Part shown: in pieces, positions 27,321-41,700 of the stretch
Position numbering within the stretch: the first letter of the stretch is position 1
How the letters are laid out: the number at the start of each line of letters is the position of its first letter
NCBI GenBank assembly: GCA_053919585.1
Contig: CM132787.1
Strand: one strand, 5' to 3'
Length of the DNA stretch: 63,869 nt
Source of the DNA: Euprymna scolopes
Taxonomy: Eukaryota
Made by a program: the position numbers and the translations under genes
The notes under the pieces: generated by a model
Seen by the model: the letters and a program-made list of their open reading frames with translations, nothing else
Told to the model about the DNA's origin: nothing
Database searches by the model: none

Positions 27321-29849
27321 AAAAATGTTCATATAAAAAGTCATATTACTTCTAATCTACCTATAAAAATAAACCGTAGATTTATATCTTTAATATTTAA
27401 CAGATAAACTCTTAAACTGCTGGTCATATAATACTGGAATTACTAAGATAATAATAGCCATACGCCAAAATTGTTTTATAACGAGTAAGCACTTTGTTTG
27501 TATGGAGGATTAACGCGGTATGTTTAGAGGCGAAATGTCCATTTCAACTGGTCAACAGTTCTTTTTAGTTTTCTTCTGCACATGCTCAAGTTCTAATTCG
27601 ATTTATTTATGTCGTTCAATATTAAGATTTATTTTCTTTCTCTGGATAGCAGCATAGATAATGAAAAGGGTGAATCGTGTAAAGTTTTGGTTTCGATTAT
27701 TGCTCAAAACACAGGTACTTTTTTTAAAAATTTTCATATCATTCAGTTTTACGAATAAATACAAAATCTGCATGGATTTTAAAATATTTAATCTTATTTT
27801 ACGACCGGCAACAATGACACATTTTTATTTAGAGCGTTAAACTATTTCATACAGATACTTTAATAATTTTTTAAGAGGATTACTATTATTTGGCAATAAT
27901 ACATTTTTTGCCAGAACTCCCTAAGGATGAAAACCAAATCCTTGTAAACAATTCACACATTTCTCGAAGAAATCTTGCAAACTGGGGCACATTCTTAGTA
28001 CAGTTATTTATACTTATGTCAGGTTTATGCGTTTATTGTCTGTTTTTCTTCTGGTTTTCAATTAATACGTAAATATTGTCGAGATTTAGATATTGAAAGC
28101 ATTTATAGTCTCGCCTAACGTTAATAGTATGTTATTTTTCTTTAAATTGTCTACTTGGTTATTGTATATAATTTACGTTTCCTTAAATAACGTTTTTTTT
28201 AGTTTAAAATGCTTATTTTTCCTTAAATGATTTCTCATTTTTTAATAATAAATAAATAATATATCATTAGTTGCAGACGTTAAATTAAATATAAAATAAT
28301 ACATATATTTTTTCGTTTTTATGCATTTTTCATTAAACGGAACACATAAGTTTCAAACAATAATTCGAAATTTTTCAAATGTGTAGTTTTGTTTTATGAG
28401 AAAATTTACTTTACACATTTACTGAATTCAAACAAATGTATGACAATTATGACAACTTAAAGCTGAGTTTTTTTTTATTGCACAATAAAAATTTAGGTAA
28501 CTAATGAAATAAAAAATAATCAGTACATTCTGAGAAAATTGTTTCTTTTCTTTTTAACTGAGCAATTATCCTGACAAATTTAAGACTTCATTGTTTGTAC
28601 TGAATAAATGAAAAGAATGATGCTCCACCCAACTGAGGACAAAATTCAATGGATGGAGTTAATATTTTTTGAAGGAAATATAGCACGGCAAGAGGTAAAT
28701 ATTAATATACTACTGATAGACTAGTTTGCTGGGGTTAATGCCTAGGTCCTTCGTTTTTTTTCTTTTTCGAATTTGTTTTACCTAATACGTACATATAGCT
28801 CAGCACTATAAAAACAAACACATTTGCCTATCCTGATTTAATAATTTCTTTCCCCCATTTTAAGTTTAATATATTTTCTGTAAATAACTTTTTGTTAAAT
28901 TTAAATAAATTCCCCGCCCGTTCTTACGATAATTTCTTCTTTTTTTCTTTAAATAAATTTCTTTTTCACCAAAGAAATACTGATTTATGCGATGCAGAGG
29001 TTGAATTAAATATACGAAGACGCATCTATCATTTTTATAAATGTATTTGTCAATTAGATGACATTTAAAAAAAATATTTGTCTCTCTGGAAATAGCAGAA
29101 TATTAGGGTATTATATTTTTATTTCAACAAGATTATTTGGATTTCTTTTTTTCCTAATACAAATTTAAAGTAAAACTTTCATACCAAAACAGATCAATTT
29201 ACTTCATGTACTTTACATTTTAAACCTATGGCAAAATAAATGACGCCAGTTATCAATTCATATTGAGATATTATAAAAAGAGAATATTTAACTTCATTGA
29301 ATGCAATTCACATAAAAATACCAATAGAACCAAAACAAAAAAGAAAAAAATGTATCCCTCGTTGAAACCTTATCTGACAAAATACGACAAAATCCTGAAA
29401 TGTGATCTGTCAACATTTATAATTAAAAACAGTCAGGAGACTCAAACAAATCATGAAAGGTTACCACTGAACAAGCATTCAAACAGAAACACAAGATATC
29501 TCCCATAATATTTGTAAACGAAATTCAATAACATCTGAATTTGCTCAGAAAGAATAGATTCTATAAATGTGATGTTCATCCACCCCGCGCTGGTAGAAGA
29601 GCCAAGCAGCAGCCTCCAATCATAATACTATCACCACTCTTATTTAAAGTGACTTTGTGTGTGTTTGCGTGAGTTCCTTTCTCATAGGGTCCGAAAGAGC
29701 TAGGCCTATTTTCTTGGCACAAAAAACTACTTCATATCTTCTTAGACATGTTTTGTAAAGAAATCCCTTCGATCAGTATCGAAAAATAATCCACTCTTAA
29801 ACATAACCGTTGCTTACTTTTTATCACTGAGCCTACACAAAATAATCTA

Positions 29850-30905
29850 CGGTAGCGCAATAAATAAAAAAACAGCAATTTTCCTCCTGTCAATTTTCTT
29901 CATGCTCATCATTCTGTTTCGTATGTTGTTATTGAGAAAATCTAAGTTTGCAACAGTCTTTTCTTTGTGTCTTGTAAAATGGGACTGTCTTTCCAGATAT
30001 TGGTTAGCGCAATCATAGCTGTCTTTGAGCTTGCTATACATTGGCTTACTTCTTTGGCGTCATCTACTTTGTTTTTGTAAACTGCACTCAAACAGTCAAC
30101 ATATTGATTGCCGGCTATTAGGTTTTCATAATTTCGTGACCCTGTTACTTTCATTACCTTTGTTTTGCTGAAATTGAATACGAGTACTGTTGCTTCTCCG
30201 AAAACGTTTACATTGTTGGTTAAGTCTTCTACTAGCTGCATTCATGTTGTACCCATGTAGCGTAAATCAGGTTGTTGAGTCTTATTCCACCATTTTGATT
30301 GCTGCTGTGTGATATTCTAGTGTTTCTCGCAATATTTGCTCGTGAAATGTATTAAAAAATTGTGTGATAATTTGCATGCGTACCTATGACTCTGGCCAAT
30401 TTAAGAAAAGTCTATCATTCCGTGAGGTGTTCCTGTTGTTCGTATTTCTCTGAGGTACATAAGGTTTTGATGAGATTAATTATGCTTACAGGGAATCCCA
30501 TCTCTGCCATCAGTTCCGGATAACCGTATAAACCGTAGTACTGGAGGCTTTTCTATAATCGATGAAACATCCAATATTTTCATACAATAGTTTCACAAAC
30601 TATGACACAGCTAGTTGGAAAAAGCATAGCTAACTGATTAAAGAGTATTATTACTCGACACACTTTCGACAATAAGCGACGCAGTTCAATGAACTCTCGT
30701 CTTGATTAGTCACTGTAGTAAAATCATATCGAAAATACATTGCATATCGGATGGGGGCCAAGTAAAGTAGCGAAAGAGGGGAGAAACATTGTTTTTAGAG
30801 CAGGTAAAAGATAAGAGAGCAAATACACAACTAAAAATCATACTCGAGAAGAATAAAGAGACAGTGACAGATGTGTATCTCTGTTTCATCGATTATGGAA
30901 AGCTT
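29850..30905 (-). mobile_element. Decayed RTE-clade LINE RT with inverted 5' segment (~30575-30905)
   Basis: Minus: CFIDYRKA...MAEMGFP...NFSKTKVM...SKTAMIALTNIWKD; plus: LISHCSKII...KIILEKNKE..DVYLCFIDY. Confidence 0.8.
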
Positions 30906-31323
30906 TCAGCTCATAGGTACAAAATCAACCGCATATATTAAATCAAAACCACTCGAAACAATACTAATACTAAAATAAGGATTAATTTTAAGATAATAGT
31001 ATTTAATATAGGTAAAACTTGTTAACCATAATTAGTAATTAACACATCATTAAAAATATATACTGATGAATCATTAATTGACTCTGCCACAAATTTCTAT
31101 ACATTTTCTATAATGCAAGAAAACTTAGAAAAATACATGAAACACTGGATCAAAGTCTCTAAGAATAAAACTGCTGATTACAATCACATGGACGTAAGGA
31201 TATAACCGAAACATTATTCATCGGCTCTTCAATACATAATATACTAATAAATATAAAATTCGCAAAATATAAAAAAGTTCCCAAACATTAACAAAAAATC
31301 AGTCTTATAGAACACATGCGTGC

Positions 31324-31375
<52 letters not shown>

Positions 31376-31464
31376 TTTTTTTACTATAATAATTAAAATA
31401 ATTAAATACCTACATTATATATATATATATACAGAGAGAGAGTGAGAGAGAGAGAAAGAGAGAG

Positions 31465-32020
31465 CTGACTGTCTGTGTGTGTGTGCGTGGGTCTGGTCAC
31501 GAATAGGCTCCTATATGGCTGACTGTTTTAAAAAACTGATTGCATATAGTGATGGAAGATGTATCGAGACACAGGAATGGGTATGTTTTATCTGGCAGAA
31601 TAGTGGTTCATAAAAAAACTGTGGGGTCTGCTTTCGCGCCTGGTCTAGAAAGTATGGAAATTAAAAAAATAGCAATTAGAAAAAAAGTTTACAATTGTTT
31701 TGTTTTGTTATAAGTATGTACATAAGAATAATTTGATAAGTATGCCTTTACTAAAATAGGGAAGGTATAATAAATAATATAGATCCACTGAATATTGTGA
31801 TAAGTGTTTCAGTATGAAGAGGTATTGTATAATAAATTATGTGGTTTATTTATTTTATTTTTACTTTCATCATATTCTGCTTTGGTTTTGATACCTCTAA
31901 ATCCACCCGAAATTTACAATTCTTCCTTTTCATAACCTATCATACTTTAATAAATCAGAGTTCGAGTCCATTTTCTATAGGCTGTTTTTTAACCTAGTGA
32001 ACAACGCGTACTTTTGCTAG
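31465..32020 (+). mobile_element. Non-autonomous Helitron (family C)
   Basis: Homologous to 45668-46404; ends ttttgCTAG|T. Confidence 0.75.
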
Positions 32021-32037
32021 TATTATGTGTGTATATA

Positions 32038-32093
<56 letters not shown>

Positions 32094-33289
32094 GCATGTA
32101 TATATATGTAAATATATAGACATTACTATATTACATTTGTGTATCTCCATATCGGTTAAGATCCATACCGATCCATCTCATTATCTATAAAATAAATACA
32201 CACTTCACGGCTGCATGATCTAAATCATTAAATTCTGCATTAGTAAACGTATGCAAAGAGTTTATTCGCCTTCAATATTTCTAGTATTTTACATCTTTCC
32301 ACACTTCGTTGCTTGGAAACTGATGCAGTTTATAAATTAACTAGTGGCCTGATGATTTCTCTCTGGATTGATTAATCCTTCGATAATTCTTATGCCTTTG
32401 GCTGCATCATCGATAGCGTTTTTTTATGTTTTGTAAATCATTAACATGCCGTACCCTCTATGTGTAAGTATCAACAGAGGGATCTTTTTAGGTCTCTTTA
32501 ATCATTTATATATTTTTGTATTTCAAAACGTTCAAAATTTTAAAACCAACCTTACTTGAAAATAATTTTAGCTTGTTAGGACACTTTATGTTGCCTTGTA
32601 TGGTGGTCAGTAGATATGTCCTATGAGTTTTCCATCCGTTATCAATATCGTAGCGCATTTGACTTAGTTTTGTAATCGCACTTTTTATGTGTCATTGTTA
32701 TTTTATTGTGCATTTTCACAACAGGATGTTTGTTCATATTAGTTACAAATGCAACACTATTTTTCATCTGTTTCATGATCGTTTTTTAAAATAAGCTGGT
32801 TTCTGAAATTGAACGAGCCAGCATTGACTGGATGGCACGCGCGTTTTTTTTATGCTTCAGGGTATGATAGATAGATTTGTTTCTCACACCGACGTTTTGC
32901 GCTAACATTTTTATTATATATATATATATATTCATATTTTGTGAATTGTTAAAAAATACAGAAACTGAAATATTTTACTTGTAGCTGTAATACATGGGAA
33001 GCGTTTACATATTATTAAAGGAGATACTATGCACTATCACATTAGAAGAAGATATGCGCAAAGAAGGCACATAAACAACAAAAGACGCAATTGGAAAATG
33101 TTTCTCGTGCCGTTTTTTCGTGAGGACTGCAGATAAATTTCCTCGACTGTGAAGGACGGAATAAATTAAACGGATACTCCACGGCGAATTTTGTTTTAGT
33201 TATGTGTGGAAGAAATGAATGAATTAAATAAAAAGATTACACAAATGAAACAGTTTAAATAAAGCATTAATAACATTTCTAGTAGAGAA

Positions 33290-34230
33290 TCAATAGTAAA
33301 CGTTGTGCATATAATGGAGTCTTTGAGATTTCAAGAGCAATTTCGCTAGAAACGAATCCTTGTCGATATATTCGCTTGTCTCGTTAGATGCCATATTTAG
33401 CGCATATGTTGCAGACCGAGCAGAACGTAAACAGTATTCTGTGTCACTGAGAATGTTATTTTTGCTGAAGTAGTTAACCATTTCTCTATTTAACACAGAT
33501 CTCGGCAACTTACTTATGACGCAGAGCAGACTAAATCGTCTGTAGTGAAAGAGAATGGCTGGTAACCGGATCATTTATTTATTATTATCAAATACGGGTC
33601 ATACCGATTGGGATTTACAGGATGTTTGGAAGCAGTTTTTCTTATGATAACACTAAAGAAATGTATATATCCTGCGGCTAGTTATAGTTGAAGCTTTGTG
33701 CTGACTATAATTGGAATGTTACTAGAACTAGTTTTTTTATGGAAACATTTTTATATGCTTGTCAACATCACGCACATATAGTATTATGTCGGATAGCATG
33801 ATTTAAGACACAGAAGAAAATATGGCGTGTTTGGTTTTAGATTGCACGTGGTAGAACTAGTTGCAAAATTCTTGCAAAACGCTTGGCTTTGTAGGATAAT
33901 GACGAGACCATGTATGGTCTATTAATGATAGTTGTTATATAGCACATGCTTTTGTTCAAAACCCGGTATTTTATTCGCCACGTGTCCTGAGCACCAAGCT
34001 GATGCTTAGTTTTTGTAGGTTTATTTTCGACTTGATGAATTAAGTATGCAACTCTCCAGCTTTATTTCTTATTCTGTTCAATGGTTACTGTGAGCACTGA
34101 AGGCGGATTTTGTCTCCGTACATTTATTTAGTTAAACGCAATGGCAAATGTGATTTATTTGGGCAATTTAAGCAGCACATTCTGGAAGGAACGACAGCTG
34201 ACTGTTTGGTTTTAGCTGGAATTTCTCGTG
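33290..34230 (-). pseudogene. Old CR1/L2-group LINE RT fragment
   Basis: YRRFSLLCVISKL...NNILSDTEYCLRSARSAT corresponds to YRPISLL...LTDKQYGFRQARST. Confidence 0.65.
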
Positions 34231-34439
34231 TATAAAATGCAGACAATGGGTCTCTCAGTAAGTTACGATACTACAAAATACACGCTCACTTTGAACATGG
34301 AATACAGAGGTATATTCGATAGTAATGTACGGGTACTATTACATTATACCATAGTGTATCGATATAATGTGTCAATGGAAAGTACGTCTGATAACATATT
34401 TCATTTTGTTTTTATCTTTACCGATACAACTGGCTAGGC

Positions 34440-34760
34440 AAAATATCCCAGTAGAGACAGCACAGAAGATGATAAAACTTAAGCAAATTGTTAGAAGACG
34501 TGGATACTAATCGTGAGTATCGGGCAAACATCTGAGATTGTGAACATGCGAGTTAGGTCATAATCAATAGAGAAATTATAAGAGAATCTTCGCTGATCAT
34601 GTACATTGTTTGAGTTAACTAACCATTATATAATCTGAATATTGAAGTTTCCAGAGAGGTTAATATTAGGCGATGTATGTTCAGACAGGGTGTCGTAAAT
34701 ATTCTCAGATATTCTGTTTAAGATATTTACACTGCTGTTGTGAGAGCGATAGAGGGCAAA
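34440..34760 (+). pseudogene. Possible very old RTE-like RT fragment
   Basis: RQG motif at ~34683 with plausible flanking residues; weak. Confidence 0.25.
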
Positions 34761-36634
34761 TATGAACGCGTTGTTGTTAGCAAGTGCTAATCAGAGGCAC
34801 GTAATAATTAATTTAGGGGCTTCTCTCAGATATTTCTATAAAATAGGCGTCATCCCTTATATAGGCACATATTTCATGCCCAAGACGATCTTTGGGGTCA
34901 GGTTTATAATGGCAAATAAGGGTAGTTTTTTGTCAGTTTCGCATAAGCAAAAATTGGCCTGGTTTTATCTCATGTAATTGGGTGTAAGCCTTTGGTAGTT
35001 TGGAACGTTAACCTGTTTTGAAAAGTAGGCCTGGTAGTTGAGTTTTTACATGTAAAGTTGGAATTCTAGAATTAATCTAGAACATTTTTTCAGACTTTTC
35101 AAAGTGATGTTTATGGGTTTGTAGCACATGTGGGCAGACTAGGTTAGAGTAAGGAAAAATGGAATTAAGCGAGAACAAGAAACGGTATACTTTAGTACAC
35201 CATGATTTAGAAAGGCCGTAAACGTACCTATCAATATGGCACCGAGAAAGCCACCAGAGCCACATCATCGTCTAGAATCCAGTACACAAATGGCAATACA
35301 TCAGCTCTAGTACTTTGCCCCATGCTGATTGGACGGTTAATTTTGAGGTTTATGCAAGTTTCGGGCCCCTGATTATCAGGCGAATACGCCAGGAGGGTTA
35401 AAATGTTTACCTTTATCACTCTTAGTAATTACACTGTTACAAGCATAGAACCCCCCCAGAAAATACCTTACAGCTTAAGCGACTACTCACACAAAATGCC
35501 TGCTGACATAGAATACATAGCTATTTATTTTCTTTCGTCAGAAAAAAAATCCTTGATTCAAAACAAAGACCAGACCCAAATAAGGAGATACGATGGTTAG
35601 GGACCTGCCGACGACGTGTCATAATGGCTTGCCTACATTCAAGTAAAATATAACAAAATATTTAATTGATATGTTTTATATGTTTTAGAAAAAAGTATGG
35701 CGATAAGTTCCTATCTCTCTAACTGAAATAAAGAATAGACGCTTTTTGTGCTACCGGAATTAAGTTTGCAAAATTTACGTATATAATTCTTAACGATACT
35801 CGCCATTTTCCTTGAGGCATTCGAGACTTGATTTGAATCGAATTATCTATCCCTTTTGCTTACATATGCGAGTGTTGGGCGCACTTTATTAGTATAACTA
35901 ATTGTAAAGTCCACTAAAAAGAACAGCGTGCACTGTATATATTTCGCAGAACAACACGTGGCCAAACATTAATTCATTTGGAGAATGCGTTTATTTGGAG
36001 GAAAATAGCAACCCGAAAATTTTCAAACATAAATTCATATACAAATTTAACAATAGTTATTTGGCGTTAAGGGGCAAGTGTGTGAGAAAAAAAGTAATAA
36101 AAATTAATACACATATCATAACTGTAATGAAAAAAAAATCATATTCTTGGCCTTCCCAGAATGCAGTTGGCAAACATTACGAATGTGATTCCTGCGGCTA
36201 CTTGCTTTTTCTTCGTTTATTCACACGTGCCCATTTTTGTCCGCACTCACAAGCCGAAGAAATATTTCAAAGAGATGCATGTGTAAGTGTGTAAAATATA
36301 AGTTGTATTAAAATAGAGAATGTCAAGTGAATCCTATAACAAACATGACATACTAAGCTTCGTTATTTCGCCATGCGTCATTACGAACACTTTTGAATTA
36401 AAGTCACTAATGTTATTATTGTGATAGGTTGTAGTAGTTTCGGACGTNNNNNNNNNNNNNNNNNNNNNNNNNNNNNNNNNNNNNNNNNNNNNNNNNNNNN
36501 NNNNNNNNNNNNNNNNNNNNNNNNNNNNNNNNNNNNNNNNNNNNNNNNNNNNNNNNNNNNNNNNNNNNNNNNNNNNNNNNNNNNNNNNNNNNNNGCATCC
36601 TTATATGCGGATCATACTAAATTACAATAGGCTA

Positions 36635-36770
36635 TCAATATCTTTTTTGTACTGTTCTCTAGTACTTTCCGCAATATTTTGGAAGTTGCTAACAGTGTAG
36701 TCGTCTGAAACACTCTTAATTGCAATAGATCCCGATTCTCGCAATCCACTTATCAAATCATTTAATCAAA
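36635..36770 (-). pseudogene. R4/Dong-type LINE extreme C-terminus fragment
   Basis: QTTTLLATSKILRKVLE on the minus strand. Confidence 0.55.
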
Positions 36771-37241
36771 ACATCTACTACTTCGACCATATAAAACTTC
36801 CACACTCGATTTTATCCTTGTAAAAGTTTGGATGCATTTGATATAACACGATCCGCGTGCGACCGGCATCACGTGTTTCACTAAATGTCTTAGACTCGGC
36901 CCCATGAAGATGTGAACATGGGCCAGTCATCAGGGTCTTTGTATCAAGAAGAAAAGCATAACTGAGATGTTGTAGGTGGGTGCATGGCCTCTTCCTTCTT
37001 TCAAAGTTACATTTTAACTCTCGTGGCATTTTGGTTGGGATCTTTTTTCTTCTTCCTCCGGACCGCTTTGTTGTTTAATTGATACATTTATGGCAGACAC
37101 AAGAAAACACACAACACGACACAATCGTCCTATATGAGGATTACAATAAACTATTTATTCTAAAAAATGTATACAATAAATACATTCAGAAAATTTACAA
37201 TTGATAACCTTCAAAATAAAACTAACCAACCTAACTAATGA

Positions 37242-38552
37242 GAGGGACAGAAATATACGTGCTTACCTCATACTGCCTGGACGAAAAAGAGACCTATAGA
37301 GGAAAAGGAATTCAGGGGTTGCATTACTGTGTATCCTTCCGCCTACAGTCAAATTACCACCTGGGCATGTTGAAGAGGGGGTTGACAACCGTGGCACTGA
37401 GATAAAGTGCAACCTCTCTCCCTATGCACGCTGAAATTTATAAGCATTCATAAATTTCAGAAACCCCTAATTTTCCGTGGATAGTGCGGCAAACGGCCGT
37501 CAGCAATCAATGTTTCCATGCTCCTCTACTGTCATGAACTCACTGAAGCAATTTATTTTTTTCGTCAGGCCCCGTGTCAGCTGGCATACTGCTTCAAATA
37601 CCAGGGAGGGTAATCATCTTCGCCCTCCTTCGAGGCAGTGAAGAAAAAAATGACGGAGGAATTTCAACCTCCTAGCTTAATATAACTTACACACACAGGT
37701 CCTCATGATTAGTGTTACTGTAGTTACGCTCTCTTTAACAAACAGTATAATGTATTTTAACCAAGCCTATGCTTACTTGAGTTCATCACGCCGATCTATA
37801 CATAGTTCAATTAATTCTTCATCAACTTATCACATTATTTCAGTAACTGGATTTACGGTCTCTTCAGGAACCAGTGTAATGCATTTTTACCTAATCGGAG
37901 TTTACGTGAGTTAATCACGCCGACCTATACCTATTTCAACTTAATCTGCATCCACTTATAACCTTATATCAGTAACTGAATTTACACTCTCTTCAGCAAC
38001 CAGTATAATGTATTTTAAATAATTCGGAGTTACGTGAAATCGTCACGCCGACCTATACCTATTTCAATTTATTCTGCGTCCGCTTATCATTTGATTTATA
38101 ACAATTAACCCCCAGAGTTACGTGACGTTATCTCGATTTTGATGATCACGCTGGTTACACCTTCAGTTTCCTCTTGTAATAGACTAAAACAACATTTTTA
38201 AAATCTACTACTACTGGGTTTATTGCTCCCCTCAGCTACCAGTTTAGTTTTGTTTATAAGTTGGGGTTACGTGACCTCATCACACCCATCTATATGGATT
38301 TACTTGAACCCCGGTCTTAAGAGGTCCTAATCCGAGGTAATTCTGTTAGAACTAGGAGTCTGAGGGACAGGAATATGCGTGCTTACCCCATAATGTCCGG
38401 AAGAAACAGGGGATTCTGGGGTTTCATTACTGTGTATCATTCCGCTTACAACAAAATTTCTACGCGGCGATGCTGAAGAGTGTGTTAACAACCGTGACAC
38501 TTAGATAAAGTGACACATTGGTATCCCTTCCCTAATTTTGTAAATATTCATA
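37242..38552. repeat. Element bounded by ~200-bp diverged direct repeats enclosing a ~128-bp tandem array
   Basis: gagggacag...cattactgtgtatc...acaaccgtg...gataaagtg at 37242-37452 and 38362-38552; tandem units start near 37741, 37869, 37998. Confidence 0.8.
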
Positions 38553-41009
38553 TCAGCCAGTAATTACTGTTGCTTTGGGATCGTTCTTATCTAACAAGAC
38601 TAAATCTGGTCTCAGTGTTTCAATGAAATTACCTTACATATATCCTAATGGATGTTATCGCGAGATTGCTATTTCTCGTAGTGTACTTTTTTCGAGCAAA
38701 CTTTTCACAGCTACTTACTTATATTTACTTTCACATAGTCGGCACTTAAAACAGTGTTATCAATTAGATACTTAAGACATATTGTCCTGAGCTCTTGTAA
38801 TATGAAGCACTTATTAATATTCTGAAATCTGAATATTTTTAAAAGAACCCCATGTTTTTTCACTTCCTTTAGAACATACAGACAGAATAGACTATACATA
38901 TTGCTATCAATCATTTTATGCGTTTTGTTTTATTTTTAGATTTTTGTTTTTCCTTTACTTTTAATTCTGAACATCTCAATACTTCGCTCGCTTTCGATGT
39001 TTCAAATTTTCAATCACTCTTTATAAGCTATTCCTGAACTTAGAGATGCAAACTTTCAAACATGTTTTACTTCTTTTTACGCATCGTTTTACATATACAC
39101 GTCCTCATATTCTTTTTTTTTACACACAAGACATTTCGATAATACTATTTGAGTGAATAAATGCGTCTGTTCTCATATTTCCCCTGGTTTTCCTTTACAT
39201 GGATTTCAACAATTTTTTCGAGTTAATAGTAACAGCTCATACCGAGATTTAGCAAGTTTTTAACCTTTACAGTGGACATCTTGTTTTTTTTTTGTTAACA
39301 AAATCTTCACTTGAGAATCAACTGCAGTTTCCGCTTGTATTTTTTACTATTATTTGTGTCGTTTCTGCTAATCGTCATTTACTATAATGCCACACTCCTT
39401 AAACAAATGTGTGATGCTTCTCCGAACTCTTTTCCCCTATTTAAATCGATTTTAATTTTATTTTCAACAAGTGTTCCTCTTCAATTTCATAACCTTACAA
39501 TTATTCTTCTAAATTCATCATCTATTCCATAATTACCCATGTCCTTAAAAGCAGAGTTTCTTGACATGTATCTTTGCCTTCAACTGTAAGCCATCAATAT
39601 TTCTGTTATAAAATATGGCCATAATTTTCCTACTTTAACCGAAATTTTAGTTTGAAAAACACAATCAACACATGCCTAGTAGAAACACTTCCACTGACCG
39701 CTGTTTTTGTAGGTTTTGTGCATACTAGCAATCGCTTTATTTTGTTATCATAAATCACAATATTATTTGTAGGAGAGAAATTTCATTTACACGGTATGTT
39801 CCCTGGAGGTAGCATGATAATAACACTCTCATTACGTACTTACTTTTTCTTCTTAAATCGATTAGGAACACCATTACATTTGCCATATCCACTTCTAACA
39901 TGGCGTTCGTTTTTGCTTCCTATGAAAATATATCTGGTATTAGTTCTGTCGTTGACCTATCTTAAAACAATGATCGCTTCCTTATAGAATACTTGTTGCT
40001 CGTAGTGGCTGTCTGCGTGCGTTTCTCAGCATAAGAGATTATTTTTATGTAAGTTGCCGAATATTAAACACTGCACACCATGGTGTCATTCATTAAATGA
40101 AACAAATTAGTCAATTAATTAACTGATTGATTATGGGCCCCAAAATTTCGCAACCTTCACCTACGACGATTCAAGCCAATTCGCACAGATATAAAATCTG
40201 ATTAATTATGTTTTGATACGCTTTGAATTAATATGTAGCCTAATGTTTACAATTGTTGCCAGTTGGTCAAGAAAAAAACAAACCGTTCAATTCCGCAGCT
40301 TCTTTTATATCCCAATTTTTATTTCAGACATTATTTTGTTTTTATTGCAGCAGGGTTACTTTTAAGACACACGCGTAGCTAACCACTGCTTACCATTGTT
40401 CACCAGTGATATTTACTGCTTGCTAGTTCTCGACGGGTACACGAAGTGAGAATAACCAGAGGTAACTGCAGTTAAATGAAGTTCGACACTGTCCCTGATC
40501 GAGATTTGCAGAAAAAGACACAGTACCAGCCAGTAAAGTCATTTTTTCTCCTCAGCTTCATTTAAGAGTAGTCAAATGGGTGCATACTCTGCCCAGGGGC
40601 ACCAATAACCGACAATGTGCGCCAGAAACTATTGGTAACACTTGTAAGGCCTACAAAAATCTACTAGTAAACGCCGGTAAACGCCTAAACTCAGCAATCT
40701 TATCAGTGATTATTCACTGGAAAATTATGCTGCGCATGGCCGTCAGATACATGCACTCCAATCAGGAAACATTGGATATTGTAAATAGAGTCAAGGTCAA
40801 CCAGCACAATACAGTACAATACGATTCAACACTACACTTTCTGCCAGTAACATTCACTTTATTCCAGAGGAAGGTGGTATTGCCAGATGATGGCAGATAA
40901 TGACAGATACTGGGACTCAGATAATTTCATTTGAGCAACTAAAATTTAATTTATTATTTTTTTCTTGGGGGGTCCGTTACTTTTCATTTGTGACATGTTT
41001 CTACTCACA

Positions 41010-41700
41010 ACGCCGATATACGACACTATGATCTACGAGCATTTATATGTATTTTTAGCTATTATGATATACACTCTTTTTGCTTGCATGGTTATTATGG
41101 TTTCTATTTTTACGTTCATAGGATGTGTTTAATTCTGCTTTTATTACTGCTGATGGTGTATGCTTATACTATCAATCCAGGTGTTCACAATGTAGTTGTT
41201 TGCATAATTCTAAGTGCAGAACCTTTCCATTTGTTCAACCTTATTAATTTGTCCAGGTATCTGTTTCTCTTCCAGTTGTTATATTCTCGCCTTATGTCTT
41301 ACCTTTTCTGTTTACTGTCTACTGCTGCAGTAATCTCTGGGCTGTATAATTTATGTTTGTAAATACATGTTTGCCATTAGAGCCGCCGATACACCGAACA
41401 TCTACTATATGAATCGACTTGTGCAGGTTTCACCGGGTCAAAGCAACCCTCGTAGTGGCCTGGTTGAATGTTAGCCATTTTTTCGGGAGAGTTTAATGGG
41501 TGTCGCTTGACTTTCTCCCGGTACAGGAAGAGCCTAGATGATGTCGTTTCTGACAGATTCATTCCATTAAGATAAGCAGGGTGGCGGTAGTGATGTTCTT
41601 TGTAGGCTTGTGGCGGTGTCTATAATCGTGCGGTATGATAGTGGCTCGTGTACTTCTAGAGATCCATGTACAGGATATCTCTTACTCTGCATTTTTTTAT
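41010..41700 (-). pseudogene. Possible decayed LINE AP-endonuclease region
   Basis: Fragments EQMERFC, IVNTWID, KSRIKHIL, VDHSVV occur in APE motif order. Confidence 0.4.

Noticed and set aside
36890-36936. Minus-strand CTGATGA followed by a ggcccatg/catggggcc stem
   Set aside because: Followed by GAGT not GAAA, and no stems I/III found; insufficient for a hammerhead.
37741-38290. Repeat array as possible CRISPR
   Set aside because: Whole ~128-bp units are homologous, there are no unique spacers or cas genes, and the context is eukaryotic.
40520-40915. 106-aa ORF and possible CAGTA-ended MITE
   Set aside because: No recognisable domain; termini match only weakly.
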